Positions 22,886 through 36,322 are shown, counted from the stretch's first letter. The stretch is 64,000 nucleotides of DNA from Zancudomyces culisetae HAW-14-8 (GCA_052426225.1 JBNJNM010000007.1:868001-932000); one strand, 5' to 3'. The notes: generated by a model not told the origin, from the sequence alone. A program made the numbers and translations.

Positions 22886-23048
22886 TCATTTTTGCCAATT
22901 TGACGCTTTTAAACACTAGCATTGGTGTGTCTAATTAGTATATTTTTTGTACTTTGACTATTCACTAAACTTTTAAACATCTCTAATACAATTACCCATT
23001 ATTGTGAACAATGTAAATTCAAAGTTAGACAAAAAGGGGACTAGCAAA

Positions 23049-26000
23049 CTAATAAAGCTTCAAAGTTTCGGTGGTAGAGCGAGCAACGAGCCTGTTGATT
23101 TCGAGCTTCCGCTGGTCGAAATGCGAAAGTTCACTGTTGGTTCTTCTCGAAAGGCTGTTATGGAGCTCAATGATGGTTAAGCTGAGTAGAAAATGAAGAG
23201 AGTCAATGTGTACTATACAGTCGTCAAATATAGGACCGGTGTTTAACCCAACAGAACCAGATCCATATATGGCAATTTTACACTGCACTAACTTGTCGTC
23301 AGAATCAGCAACATGTCCAATAAAGAAAAATATTCTTAGATACGGGTGTGTCGAAACGTTAGATTGTATACCACCATAGTCATTTATCCTAGAGTACGAA
23401 GAAAGAGGAATAGAATCAAAGGAATCCCTTGGTTTTAGCAGAGAATCAATATACGGAACACCGATCAGTCCAAATTGTTTTGCTCTCATGACAACATGGT
23501 GAAGCTGCATTGAGGATATTAAGTAGTTATCTACGCATACAATATAGATATTTGCGTTTGAGGGTGCCGATTCGTTGGAAATAAAGTAGTTGAGTTTATA
23601 GCCAAAAGATAGTGAAGGTAGGAATGTGCGGTTTTCTAACAACAGTACTTCATCTGGATCACAGTTTCCCTAATAAAATTAATAACAATAGTAGCATTGG
23701 TAGCATTTGTAGTATTAATGAGAAAACAATAGCACGATTTTACTCTTCAATGCTGATACTTTGATACAATACATGTACACATAGTATGAATAATAAAATT
23801 GAAACCTAGTGGATATAAAAATATAAATGAAGAGTTTTAAGCTCCAAACTTACATATTTTTTCAGGTTTTGAAACAGCTTGCTAAAGTTGCAAGTATTTT
23901 TGTCAAAATCTCTAGTAGAGCCAGACTCAGATTGTGTTAAATGTAAAAACCCGACGTCAATGGTAATTTGAGGAGTAGTACGTTTGATCGAGTTAAAAGT
24001 AGAAATAAAATCGGCGTTGTGGTGGATTAGAGAAGAATTCTCAAATGAATAAGTGGCCCTATGTGGCAGAACACGATTGGTGCTATTTAGCTCCGAAAAG
24101 AATTTGAGCACTCTGGATTTTTCGAACATGTGGGAGGGATCTTGTGGAGCCATAGTATCAAAATCAGTAAGGCTACTGGTATTTTGAGTAGAAATTTTTT
24201 CCCTGTCGATATTTGGTGTATCAAAGAGGCCAGAAAGCCTGTTGTTTGATGCGAATAGTCGAAGGTCAGGTGACCCTGAGGTTTCAGCATCCGCAAATAG
24301 TGTGGAACTCTTATATGATGGGAATGAGTTATGTTTAATGGGTTTCTTGTGAGGAAGTTTACGGCTATGATTCGGTCTAGAGTTGACAGTGAAATCGCTA
24401 GATGTATCACTACAGGTGTTTTTAACTACTCCATCCGCAGTAAGATTACGCTCAAGAGAAGGACGGCTATTGACTTCTGTGTTGTCCAAAGCCATATCAA
24501 GGCTGGTTTTTGAACAAGAAAATGAGGCAAGGCCAGAGTTAGAATCAGTACCATTTTGTCCACCAACTGAATTGTTGCTGCTCTTGTATGATGGATCCAC
24601 AACTGCGTAAGTATTGGAACCAAACGGATTTAGGCATTCCAACTTGTATACACTGGGGTTGTTTCCGAGCCATAACCTCAGAATGGTCGACTTTTTGTGA
24701 ACGTATACATAATAAGACTCGAGCATCTCTGTCCTTCCAGGTTCCTCGGTTTCCAAAAGTGTGGTTCTGTGATCCTGCACAGGCTCCGATAGTGTTTTGT
24801 AAATATAACTGAAAAAGTCGAGTCCCACTATAAAGAAATTCTTCAGAATCCTTTCACTTATATCGATGGTTCCGAAAAACCTTTTGAACATCAACTCGCA
24901 CTCACTTAATTTTGGTTTATTCTCAGTACCAGCATTGAACAGATCTTCAATGTTTGCTGCAGGGCTGGCTCTGGAACTGGGCAGAATTAAACCCTCTGCT
25001 TTTTTAAAGTGATCTTTTTTCAGGTTATCCAGGTTTTCTACCAGCGCATTTTTTTTATTCTTCACGCCTCTCTGTATCGACGAAAGCAGGTTTCTCTCCT
25101 TATTTTGCTGTGGTTTCTCGGCCTCTAACGCTCCCACTTCAGAAGGTTTAAAACCAGGCTTATTGCCTCCTAACACATTTGGTTGTTTTTTCACCGCAGA
25201 TTCCTTCTTAGAAGTTGCATCCTGGTTGGTCTTGGGGATTTCTACGCTAATATTTTCACTCTCATCGGCTCTAACAAGCTCAAATTCGATCTCCGACTCA
25301 TCATAGAGCTCATATCGCCTTTCAAGTGCACCAAGTTGCTCTTGGTACATATGGTACACTTTTAGAGACAACTCTTCAAAGTTATCGAAATAATTTTGTC
25401 TATTAAAAATCTTATACAAGGTCCCTTCACTTTCAAAAAGCTCATAGTAGCTGCTATGTCTATCACATATTGGTGTGGGCGACTCACAATATTTTTCACG
25501 AATTGTCAAAATTATCTGCGACACCAGCTTCCATATGGCAGAAAGCTTTAAAACAATCTGACGCTTATGAAGCATCCAACTATTCATAGTAGCCCATAGT
25601 CTGATACACGCAAGCATGTCTCCTAGCGCTTCAATATTCATTTCTTGTCTTAAGCTAAACACATGGATAAACTTGTCGCACAAATCTTCAAATATCTTTT
25701 CCATGAATGTCTCATAAATCTCCTCGTTCATAAACACAGTTGACTGCCTCAGCATTCTAATCAGTATACAATCACGTTCAAAGTCGTCATTCAAACCCGA
25801 AATCTCATTTACGCACAAATTAATGATTTCCACGAATGTATCCCTGTCGAACTCATTAGATTGTGTTAAAACCATCAACGCTGAATTTATCAAGATATTC
25901 AATGCATCTTCGTTTTTTTCGTTTTTAATTGACTCGATTAGATCTGGTAGCAAAACATTGACTATTTCAGAAACAGGATCGGTCTCATCAATGTTGGGTC

Positions 26001-28211
26001 CGATACTATCAAAAATGCTTTCGTTATACATACTGGTGAAATCATGCCCATGAAGTGAAAAGGTGCTGTAAATCGATCTAGCACTCGGATATAAGGAACC
26101 TGTTGGTGTAACATTTTGTTGATTTTCTACATAGCCGCTTCTTTTAGATCGACCATCGTATTTACTATTTTTTATGCTTTCTATTTGCTCGAATTTTAGC
26201 TCAAGCTGAGATATTGACAACAACACACTCATTATATAACTCGAACATATTTTTAACTTGCTGAGATTTACAGCAAGCTGCATCATCGGCGCAATCTATT
26301 TGTTTGATTTGGTTTTTTTTTTAGTAAAAGCAAAAATAGTTTCTCTGTATGTTAGCCACAATACATACAAAATACCTTTGATAACTTACGTTTGGTAAGA
26401 TCTGTCTGACTCCAAATACAAAATGCCACATAAACGCCTTAAAATTTGGTAACCCGGTAGCCAAAAGATTCTTTCCAAAGACCAATACCATTTGCAATTG
26501 TGTACTGTCCTTAAACGCTTCATTAATCATCGTATAAAATAGATCAACGTACTCAGATATCTCTGAATAGCTTCCATGCGTGGGTCTAGAAAATATACTA
26601 CACAGCATTGAACATGCCATTGCTCGTCCTTGATCATATCTATAGCCTTCTGAGCTAGTCTTGAAAATGCCTTCAAATAGCTTATTTCCAACGATATCTA
26701 AAATTCTTTTATTACACGGTGCTTGTATGTATCCCTGGTATTTCCCATCAAGCTTTGTGTTAATTTCAATGTAATCCAGCTCTAAAAACTCCTTGACAAT
26801 CGCACTTAACCCCTGCATTGCAGCTTGAAAACTGTCTCCATTCAGTTTATACGGTTCACGAACCAAATTGATAAGTCTAGGCCACGTAAACAACGTGTAC
26901 GAACTTGTCAGATCTAGCTGAATAAATCTATTCATACCCATTTCAACGACTAGCGACTTGGTCCCTACTCTTGGATCCTCGTCATATAATATTGAAATCG
27001 ACCTTCTAGTAAATGCAATCACCGCCGCCGCTAAATCATCGACAACTTCGGGCCTGTGAGTCCAAAACTTAATCCGGCTTATCAGCGACCCCCACATTTT
27101 ATCGTCAACAGTTTCTGTCCTAAACCACACTTCAAAAAAGTTTCTCATTATTAAATCACTTAATGCTGTCCCCACTTGTCCCCACATAGGATCCAATTCT
27201 CTATACACCTTTTCATAGTCAAGCATTTCTTCATCCTTATTACCTTGCTTTAAGCAGAAATCGGATATCCCAAACACACATTTTATAACCGTTCGCATAA
27301 CACTTTTACTATATTTCATACTCGTCGACGACCGTGTTAACACTGTAAATATTTGTAATACTTGTTTTAACAACTCGGTATATCTTGAGACGAATGAGTA
27401 AGCACTTTTATTTCCCTGTTCTTCTGCTGAGGTATTATTTAGAGGTTGGGTTTTGTTCGATCCATGCCTTAATCCCCAGTTAATAAACGGAAACAAGTTA
27501 AATCTATGTCTGTGTGTAGATTCGTTCGTATTCTGCGTTGTCATTTCGGATTCCTTTTCGGGCGACAAAGCAGCCGTGCTTATCTCTCCTGTGGCACTGT
27601 ATGGTCTTGGTTTATACAACAACACCAACATGAACGCCAATTTCTATGTTTTTTTTTAAAGAAATATTTCTAGTTTAAGAAACTGGATAATGACCATGGT
27701 ATTCACAGCTTGCTGGTTATTCACAAGATATAGGTTTGTAAATTAAAAGCAAATTCAACAAACCTTTAGAAACTCATCGGTTTCTTCCCCTTTTTCAAGA
27801 TATTCAGGTCTGCTTTCAGACGTCAGGAGCCAATAACGATAAACATCTACTACACTATACATCGTTTCCACATAATCAATGGGTAGCATCAAGCCCTGCA
27901 CAAGAAGAGCGATGCACCAGTCATATTGCTCTTTTGTACTGAAGATACATTTCCCTGTTTGTGGTTTTAATATTGGTATTAGCCCTTCTAATAGGCACTT
28001 TAGAGTTTCCGGAGGAAGGTCTGATAAATAATCGACATCTATTTTTTAATATTTTGACATTCAGTAGGGTAAACTGATAATTTAGGATCACATACACCAG
28101 AGCATAAGGTTATTTGATATTAATGAAATAATAATAATAAAATTGCTAATTCATACATTCCCGCTCAGACTTGTCGATTAACCCTATGTGGAACAGCCAG
28201 TCTAGACACAT
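23049..28211 (-). CDS. Ral GTPase-activating protein beta subunit-like (multi-exon, C-terminal Rap/Ral-GAP-like region)
   Basis: First exon MCLDWLFHIG at 28211; internal ORFs 26321-27640 and 23806-26286 (FFEVWFR, FWTHR, GRAMACSMLCSIF); last exon GPIFDDCIVHIDSLHFLLSLTII resembles the RalGAP C-terminus; GT-AG introns connect them. Confidence 0.7.
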
Positions 28212-30472
28212 TCTCGATAATTATTTTGTCAATTTATCGTTTGCATTACCTTTGGCTCCTCTCTATCTCTGTATTTAATAGTTTCTTTGTTTTATTCAAG
28301 ATCAGTCAGTAACCGGCTAAAAGACGAATTAATGCCTATACTCAACTAAAAATCAACAGCTGTATTGCTTTTCTTCAAGAAGCTTACCCTTCTTTTGTCC
28401 TCAATTTCTAATTACCGGTGCCAGATAATTACTTTTTAATTCTTAAATTTGTGAATCTTCCAACTTTGTAATATATTTATAGTAATTGCTCCTCTGCCTT
28501 ACTTGTGCTGCATATGTAACAAAAAAAAAAGTATTATGTCGGCTTATTCCACCGATAATTCCAATTAAAAATATTGTATTTGCTATGGAGCCTCAACCTT
28601 GATTTCAACAAATTCAAGCCAATTTCTACCAATTTATACGAGTACTTCATTTGCTCTGGTCAATGAAATAACCTAAAATTGCCGTAACTTGGATTCAAAT
28701 AATCGCTGTTACAATATTCCATGTCTTTTTTTTTAGGAAATACATGCTGGGCTGATTTGATTTCGGCCAGGATTTACTATATTTCCTTTTTTTCTTTGGT
28801 CCAAATCTATTTTTTCTTTGATCTTTGCTTTTTCTCAACCTGTGTATTTCTTTGAGCTTTGCCCCTTAACTCATTTTTAATATACATAAAAAAACATTAT
28901 GCAAAAAGGGAGGTTCTTTAGATAAAGAATAAACTCTTGGACACGATTATTCTTAAAAAAATGTTTGACAGATCTCCGGCTTTTTTTCATTGTTCTCAAA
29001 GTCAGCACTTTCGCTAAAAACAGTAATATTAACATCGTTAATTAGAAACAACCGGCTACGAAGTTTGGTAGTTGTTAAACGCCCTTGCCCCTGCCCCTGC
29101 CCCAATTTTAATATATATAGTGATTGTTCTGATAGGTTATTCTCAGTTTTCAAGCAATATGACATTCTTGATACAAAGTCCTGATTTACAGGTAAGTCTG
29201 ATTCGGTTCCTTGGATAAGTACGAACATAATCATGCTTTGTCCAATAAATTCACGAAACTCAACCATACTTTTATTATGCTATGGTTCAAAATGAGAACC
29301 TACGTATCTTTTCTTGAACACACATTTGTATTAGGAGGAGTTTTAACAAGTGACATTTTTAGTTGCAAATTGGATTCTATTAGAAAAAACAAAGTAGAAC
29401 AAAAATAAAACTTCCTCCCTCACATTAAAATAGGAGACATACTTCATAGATATAAAAGCCGCTAGTTATTTTGTATCTTGCCTTGGTCTCGATTCAAATG
29501 TATCTTGTATATTTGAAACGCATTTCTAAGATTACACATTTGCCTTTCTATTCGCTTCGTCTGTATATTAAAGAGATACATAGTGTATTTCTGCTAATCA
29601 AAGTGGGTAAACATTAATAAATTTACTCTTTAATTAAAATCAAAAAGTTCCAGAATAAGACACATCGAATACTATTATCAAATTTATCCTTCTCATTTAA
29701 TCAATAGCTAAATCCAAGAATAACTTGATCGCGCCTGTATACCCCTCAAGGCTTGAAAAGCCCTATATATAGTGTTTCATGTTTTTTAGCACTATCGCCA
29801 CACCAGCACTTTTAAATATCAATATTGGCGAGCATTTATGCACCTTTTCTATATATTGGATCGGGATACTATCATCAATTAGCGCTAGATATTCTAACTG
29901 ACTGACTGGATAAAATATTTATTTAATACCATTAGCCAATGTCGAACTCACTTTGATTAGCGCGAGTCTTCGCATTCACAGTTGTTAATTTGTCTATTCG
30001 TCTTTTATTTACTGTAGAATGGTATAGTGGAAATAAAAAAATTCACCTTTACTACACCCACGTTAATCTATTACTTCACACTGTCGTGAAAACCTGCCTA
30101 TGTGCCACATTTTATATTTTTTATATTTTATTTGTACAGAGTATATGAACGTTGGTCAACAAGATCAAACCCAAGAGTTAAATAACCTATTATAACCTTT
30201 TTGTGAAAATTATCTTTTAAAGATAGTTCGATAAACGAGTGGTAGAGTATTATTAAAAGTCACCAAATTGTGATATATGTGAGGTTTTTAGCTAAATGAG
30301 AATATAAATTCTACTCAGTCACAATGGTATTATTCTTGGGAGAAGAGAAAGAGACCATACTTTGATGAGGTAATAGAGTTAATGCTCTTGATGATAAATA
30401 GGGTTGAAAAAGATACCTGTCTTTCGACTTCTATAATTTATTGGTATCTACTTAGTTTGCTTTCACTGAATA

Positions 30473-30516
30473 CCTCTCACTTCACCTCCTCACTTCACCT
30501 CCTCACTTCACCTCCT
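30473..30516 (+). repeat. Short tandem repeat, about 3 copies of the 14-nt unit CCTCACTTCACCT(C)
   Basis: cctctcacttcacctcctcacttcacctcctcacttcacctcct read directly. Confidence 0.8.
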
Positions 30517-31577
30517 TACCCACTCCTTTTCCATCTATATATCCTGGAAAATATCTATAAAACTAGACAAAAGCTTTTGATTTCTTGTTTGGTTAGCATT
30601 CCATATTTTCGTGTATTTTGAAAACTTGATCACTTGATCACTTGATTTTGGTATATTCATGACGTTTGTCTGATTGATTTGTTTTGTGAAAATCAAAAAT
30701 ATGGTATTGTTTAGCTCTAAAAGGGAGGGGGAAGGGGGGAGGGGTATTAAACTACAATGAAACTGAAAGTCACAAAACAACATTGTTTTGATCAAAATGG
30801 AGTAAAACAGCCAACAGTTGTATGATTTACTTTTTCAACACTGTAATTTTTGCAGCAACGTTTTTTTTTTCTGCACTTAGAGTGAAAAAATGACTAGCCA
30901 ATTATGATTGATTATTATTTTTGAACAATAATATCGAATGATTGGTGTTTTATACGCTACTTGCACTTTGCAAACATGATTTCAGCCATTTAAATAACAA
31001 GCTATTTCAGTTTCGGCACTAGGTATATCTACAGAAATTATTTTTATTCGTTGCTTATTGTCAGGTGGATCTACCTGTCTGCATTTCTCGTTAAATTAGG
31101 CAGAAAATGGGTGATATTAATAACGCCATTACAAAATTAGTATAAACAGAAACCTGAAATATAATGGAACACAAATGGGAAGAATGCGTCTAAATGATCA
31201 TAAGCTCTTCCAAAAAAGAAATGTCGAATATCAAATGGCACATAAAGAGTGAAATTCTGGCCATTAGATCCATAGAGAGGAGTACGAAAATGTTCAAGTA
31301 TATAAACCTCATTATATGTCGTCCTCAGTGCATGGCATAGCTCAGTTCGTTTTTTTTATTTATTGAAAGAAATATTAAATTTCTTTAAACATTGTTCAAT
31401 ATCAGGTTTTATTTATTTTGAAACCAAAACAATATTAATTAACAATATTTGGCAAATATTAGAGGGAAAAAATCTACTTATTTTGAGAATAACAGTATTG
31501 AAAGAGTGCAAAGATTCAGGCAGTGAGGAACAGTTTTATTTTAAGATTGCAATAATCACTAATAGCAGCAAATACAT

Positions 31578-32021
31578 ATGTCTTCACAGAGCAATAACGA
31601 TTCTGTCAAAAGCACCACAGTACCAGTGAACATCCCAGGCCCCAAGGCCAGGCGGCTTAGTGGCATGTTTTGGGGCGAAAAACCGCCATATTCACAGAGT
31701 TACTCGGAAAAAATACAAGACTCCAGCACAAATTCAATGAATCCGTCGGGGTACACTCCTATCTCCACTTCTCTGAAAACCAACTCTTACTTTGGGTCTT
31801 TTAAGACTATGATCGGGGCTCCTTCGTCATACGAGTCGAAGGATATAAAGCTGGCAGAAAGCGCAGGTAAACCTGAGAAAGGTCCTATCATAAATAACAT
31901 TGGAATCGAGTCGGACACTAAAGATGGCTTAAATACACATTTAACAGTTAACCATAACGGCCAAGATCGCCCGCAAACACCCATGCAGAAAATGATCTTG
32001 GAAGGCTGGTTCCTTGATTAA
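31578..32021 (+). CDS. Small Ser/Pro-rich, probably disordered protein of unknown function
   Basis: Intact 147-aa ATG ORF, GC higher than its flanks; RRLS motif near the N-terminus and C-terminal RPQTPMQKMILEGWFLD. Confidence 0.7.
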   Translation: MSSQSNNDSVKSTTVPVNIPGPKARRLSGMFWGEKPPYSQSYSEKIQDSSTNSMNPSGYTPISTSLKTNSYFGSFKTMIGAPSSYESKDIKLAESAGKPEKGPIINNIGIESDTKDGLNTHLTVNHNGQDRPQTPMQKMILEGWFLD

Positions 32022-32519
32022 ATTTGTGTTCAATAGTGTGATAAAGTTTGACTCCCAAACCTTTCACATCGAACGCTTGGACACAATTTTGGAAGGAGAT
32101 GTACAACACTCCCTTGTAGGATTAGGCACGTTTTGTACTATTATCATATTTATTTTTTGGTAGGCCCATTTTTATTACTGTAATAGCAAATACAATTTCA
32201 TTTAACAGAATTCTGGGTTTGTAAACTCATAGCAAACATCAAAATATGATGTTTCATTATTCACTCCATCTCCCCTGTAATTGTGGATATCTGAGTACAA
32301 TTTAGATATTTAAATTTACTTGTATGTGGCTGGTTCTCTGCTTATTGATGTGGTACAAGAATGGTGTGGTTTTATTTTTAATATTTTTTTTACAAATATG
32401 ATCTAACATGTGCTTTAAAGTGTACTATAGCTAAAAATAGATACACCTCCCCAAATAAATACTCTTGCTAGCCAAGGTGTTGTATTGTAACATGTTTAAA
32501 ATCTCTAAATGATTAGCAG

Positions 32520-33230
32520 ACAGGAATCTCGAGCGAATGAGTGATTGGAGTTACCTAAAACATATATATTCTGAGTGTAATTTGAAACTTATGACAATAG
32601 GGAGAATAAGAGCAGGTAGGTTCTGGACAGCAGAGAGGCTGGCAAAACTGGGAATAATAGACGAAAAGTCCAAGACTAGGTGCCCATTTTGCAAAAAAAA
32701 AACAGCGCAGAAACCACTGAACACATGCTACTGGACTGTAAATACTGGTCTGTTGTTAAGTATAAAACTCTGGAACGTATCTCAGATATGTCAATTATAG
32801 GAAGTGAGGAGAAAGGTAGTAGTGAAGGATGGCGAAATTTTTTTTGTAGGGCGACTCCTTGAAGGGGAGTCAAAAAGAATGGTTACTCTCTCCGTTAAGA
32901 AGAGAGAAACCGAAGCACCGTCTTTGGTTGAGCTGGTAACGGCACAATTTTTGGACGGAATATGTCGAACGAGGATGCAAATCTTAGACCGACTTAGATC
33001 AGAAACAACCTCCTTGAACCAACACCCGGTGGGTATGGAGTTCCTAGAGGAACAGGGAGTAATTGGATAGATGGACATTGTGTAGAACTAACTTTTTTTT
33101 GTAGAGTTATGAATATTTAGCTAATAAATTGATTTAAGCATTAAAAAATAGGGCATCGCACCATATCCCATCACCCTACTTAATCTCCTCTAATTTTATC
33201 CCTCCTCCCCCATTGTGAATGAATGAATGA
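32520..33230 (+). mobile_element. 5'-truncated non-LTR retrotransposon (LINE) remnant: C-terminal zf-RVT-like CCHC region plus 3' tail
   Basis: Three overlapping frames join to RIRAGRFWTAERLAKLG...RCPFCKK/NSAETTEHMLLDCKYW... (C-x2-C...H-x4-C); frameshifts at A and T homopolymers; (TGAA)n at 33216-33230. Confidence 0.75.
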
Positions 33231-33413
33231 GCAGGCCTTATTTGAACCTCTTTGATTCTTATTTTAGCCATTTAGATAAATGATGATAAAATAACGTCTT
33301 AATTCTAATATTGTCGTTATTACAAAAAAAAAATGGTATCATAAATATATATGGCTTAAAACCAGGTATGAGCAGGGGCATATCCAAATCTAAATAACAC
33401 ATCACCAACCTTG

Positions 33414-34334
33414 CTAATACATCAAAGCTATCTCGTCAACAAGATCCTGAATGTTAATGTCTGCATTCAATTGAGGACCAGAAGCAGAAGGTGGTGCACC
33501 CACAGTTCCTGGATTGCGTGTAGGAGTACCTGCACTATGATTCACAGTATCGACAGTGTCATCTGAATCGTCTGAGTCATCATCAAGTGGGTATTCATCA
33601 AAACCGTCATCCTCAAAATCTGGGAAGGTGTTATTTGGTTCGGACTCGCCTTCTATGCTCTCTGTGTTATCTGGAACTCGAATACTAGATGTGCTGACAA
33701 AATCTGCGGCCAGGGTTAGAGAATCCGAATCCTCTTCTGAGTCGTCGTCAAGTGGATAATTACTGAGATCATCATTTTCCCAAACTGGGACAGTGTCATG
33801 TGAAACTTGAATACTGTCAGTTTCAGAAAAATCCAAATCCAAACTCTCAGAGTTTTGAACGTCTTCTGAGTCATCATCTATGGGATAATCATCAAGATCA
33901 ATACCAGTAGGCCTCTCTGGCAACTCATCCTGATCATCCTCTGAATCAGCAGCAGTGTTGGTAGCATCGAGAGTATCACTGTTGGGTTCACCACCATCAG
34001 TTCTAGGCTGACTATTACTCAACCCTTCACCCTGCCCATCATCCCCAGTACCACTACGCTGTGCTTCGAGCTGCTGTAGTAGGCTCAAAAATCCTCGTGT
34101 GTTTCCATTTCTCTTTTCTTGTCTTGGTGCAGCTTTGGTGTGCACAGGGTTTTCAGGAGTACTTATTTTTGTCGCTGAAATTTCGATAATTTTTGCGCTT
34201 TCCGAATTGTTTCTAAGTTTGAGGGAATTCTGCCTGCCTGGTGTGCCATTGACGTTCAAGGGAAGCGAGAGCACGGAGGTTGCTTGGATTCCCAAGAGAA
34301 ATGTGGCATAAAATTGGTTGTTTGAAAGCTTCAT
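33414..34334 (-). CDS. Secreted, highly acidic internal-repeat protein
   Basis: Signal-peptide-like MKLSNNQFYATFLLGIQATSVLS, a KR dibasic site, three YP[IL]DDDS repeats, no Cys. Confidence 0.8.
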   Translation of the reverse strand: MKLSNNQFYATFLLGIQATSVLSLPLNVNGTPGRQNSLKLRNNSESAKIIEISATKISTPENPVHTKAAPRQEKRNGNTRGFLSLLQQLEAQRSGTGDDGQGEGLSNSQPRTDGGEPNSDTLDATNTAADSEDDQDELPERPTGIDLDDYPIDDDSEDVQNSESLDLDFSETDSIQVSHDTVPVWENDDLSNYPLDDDSEEDSDSLTLAADFVSTSSIRVPDNTESIEGESEPNNTFPDFEDDGFDEYPLDDDSDDSDDTVDTVNHSAGTPTRNPGTVGAPPSASGPQLNADINIQDLVDEIALMY

Positions 34335-36175
34335 TCTGACTATATGTTAATTGACTGTGTATCTACGCTTGTTGATGAATATAATGCTTTACTATGGAGG
34401 ATAGTATAGTGCAATAAACTATAAAATATTTTTTAGTTTAAAAAAAACGATGCGAATTGGGTGTTAAAATTTAATTAAAGAACGAAGAGCCCTTTGGAGC
34501 TAATATATATTCTTTTTTTTTTCCATGATGTGGTGGGATTGGATATGGTTATAGTTTCTTTCTAAGAAACTTGTGGTTATAATAGGTTTCACGAAACGAG
34601 TAAAAAACTTTGAAATTTTCAAAGAATCCGCCAGTAGGTATTTCACACTCTATTCATTCCTTTCTCCCCTTACTCCCCTCTCAAGAAAAATGTACATGTG
34701 CCAGCAGGGATTTATAATACACTTGGATTAATAAAAGCTTGAATAAAAGATTCTATGGGGTTGTTTCAAAGTTTATCTAATATATTACGTAACTTAAGAT
34801 TTGGGTGGATGGGGTATTTTTTATAATACGGATATGAAGGCTAATAGATACTAAATTCCATCTGTGTAATGATTCTTTTTTTAGTCTTTCTAATTTTAGA
34901 AGCAAGACAATAATACCGACTAGACACTATTCTCGAAAACAAAAACAAAAACCAAAAACCAAAACCCAAATGGTTCGATAATATAATGCATTGCTATGTT
35001 CATATTGGCAGCCCAGTCTAAACGAGCACCAATTTATTACAACCAGCAATATTTACCAGCTTAAATGTAGGATAAGCATGCCAATGACGATGAGATCCAA
35101 AGCGGGTACAGTAAAGGTTATGCTTTTGCAACTACCATTAATTTTAAAAAGCATTGGCTCATACATTGATCTGAAATTATGTACAGCGAGTTTATATACA
35201 TATTATTTACGCAACTATGTTTTACCCAAAACAAAATGGTAGCCAAAATGTATCAACTTGTATACCAACCTTGCAAAATTTAAAAGTGTTTATTTAGTAT
35301 TAAACACAGGATGTTTTCAGTTTGTTCAGCTTTTTTTTAATGGTAGAGATAGGGAATATGGAAATTTCAAATACTAGTCATTCTACCAAACCAATTAAGC
35401 GAGTATCAATACAAATATGCTAAAATAACTAATAACAGACCTACTGACACTGCTCTGCTCGAACTGCGGAAAAAATACCAGATAAATTTAGTTATATAGC
35501 CGGGTCCAATAAATGAATTACACTCAAGTTATAATTAGGGTACCTAAAAATAATAATAATCCATAATCCCAATTTTAATCAATTTCAAATTGAATTAATT
35601 GCAATTCTATAAATGTTATCCATTTAGTATTGTGATAAAATAGAATTGATGAGCAAGCTACATTCATATTAGTATTTCCATAAATGCCAGAACAAAATGA
35701 AAATTAACCACATAAATAGACTTCGTTTAGGATTGCTCATCAAGTATAACAACATAAATAACATAAAAAGCATAAATCGCTTTAGTTCTAAAATTGAAAA
35801 TTTTAAATATTTGGGCTTTGAAAAAATGATAAAACCAGTTAAAAAGCTAGCAGTTATTAAAGTCAAAAAAAATTTTTAATGGCTTAATCAAAAGTAAAAA
35901 AAAATACATATTCTAGTCATGAACACAATCTACAACCGCGAAAAAATGGATTAAATTATATTAGAACAAAAATTTGTTCTATTGTATTGATTCATCTAAA
36001 ATGTACCACACAGCTATGAGGTAAGTATATATATATTAATTTCTGTCGATTAATCTCTTTAGTTTAATTCTAATGTCATATCAATATCCTATAAAAACAT
36101 ATTAACACAGAAACACAGAGAATATATAAAAAATTTGATACATTCTTAAATTTACAAACATTGAGCAAAAAATGT

Positions 36176-36246
36176 GCGTTAGTAGTATAGCGGTAGAATA
36201 GTTGCCTTCCAAGCAATTGGCCCGGGTTCGACTCCCGGCTGACGCA
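36176..36246 (+). tRNA. tRNA-Gly(UCC)
   Basis: GCGTTAG/CTGACGC acceptor stem; GTTGC-CTTCCAA-GCAAT; CCGGG-TTCGACT-CCCGG. Confidence 0.95.
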
Positions 36247-36250
36247 TCTG

Positions 36251-36322
36251 GGTTCTGTGGTCTAGAGGCATGATTCTCCCTTAGGGTGGGAGAGGTCCCG
36301 GGTTCAATTCCCGGCAGAGCCC
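36251..36322 (+). tRNA. tRNA-Pro(AGG)
   Basis: GGTTCTG/CAGAGCC acceptor stem; CTCCC-TTAGGGT-GGGAG; CCGGG-TTCAATT-CCCGG; T-run terminator after it. Confidence 0.95.

Noticed and set aside
28953-29267. 104-aa minus-strand ORF with a GQGQGQG run
   Set aside because: No recognisable domain or clear exon connections, so it cannot be supported as a gene
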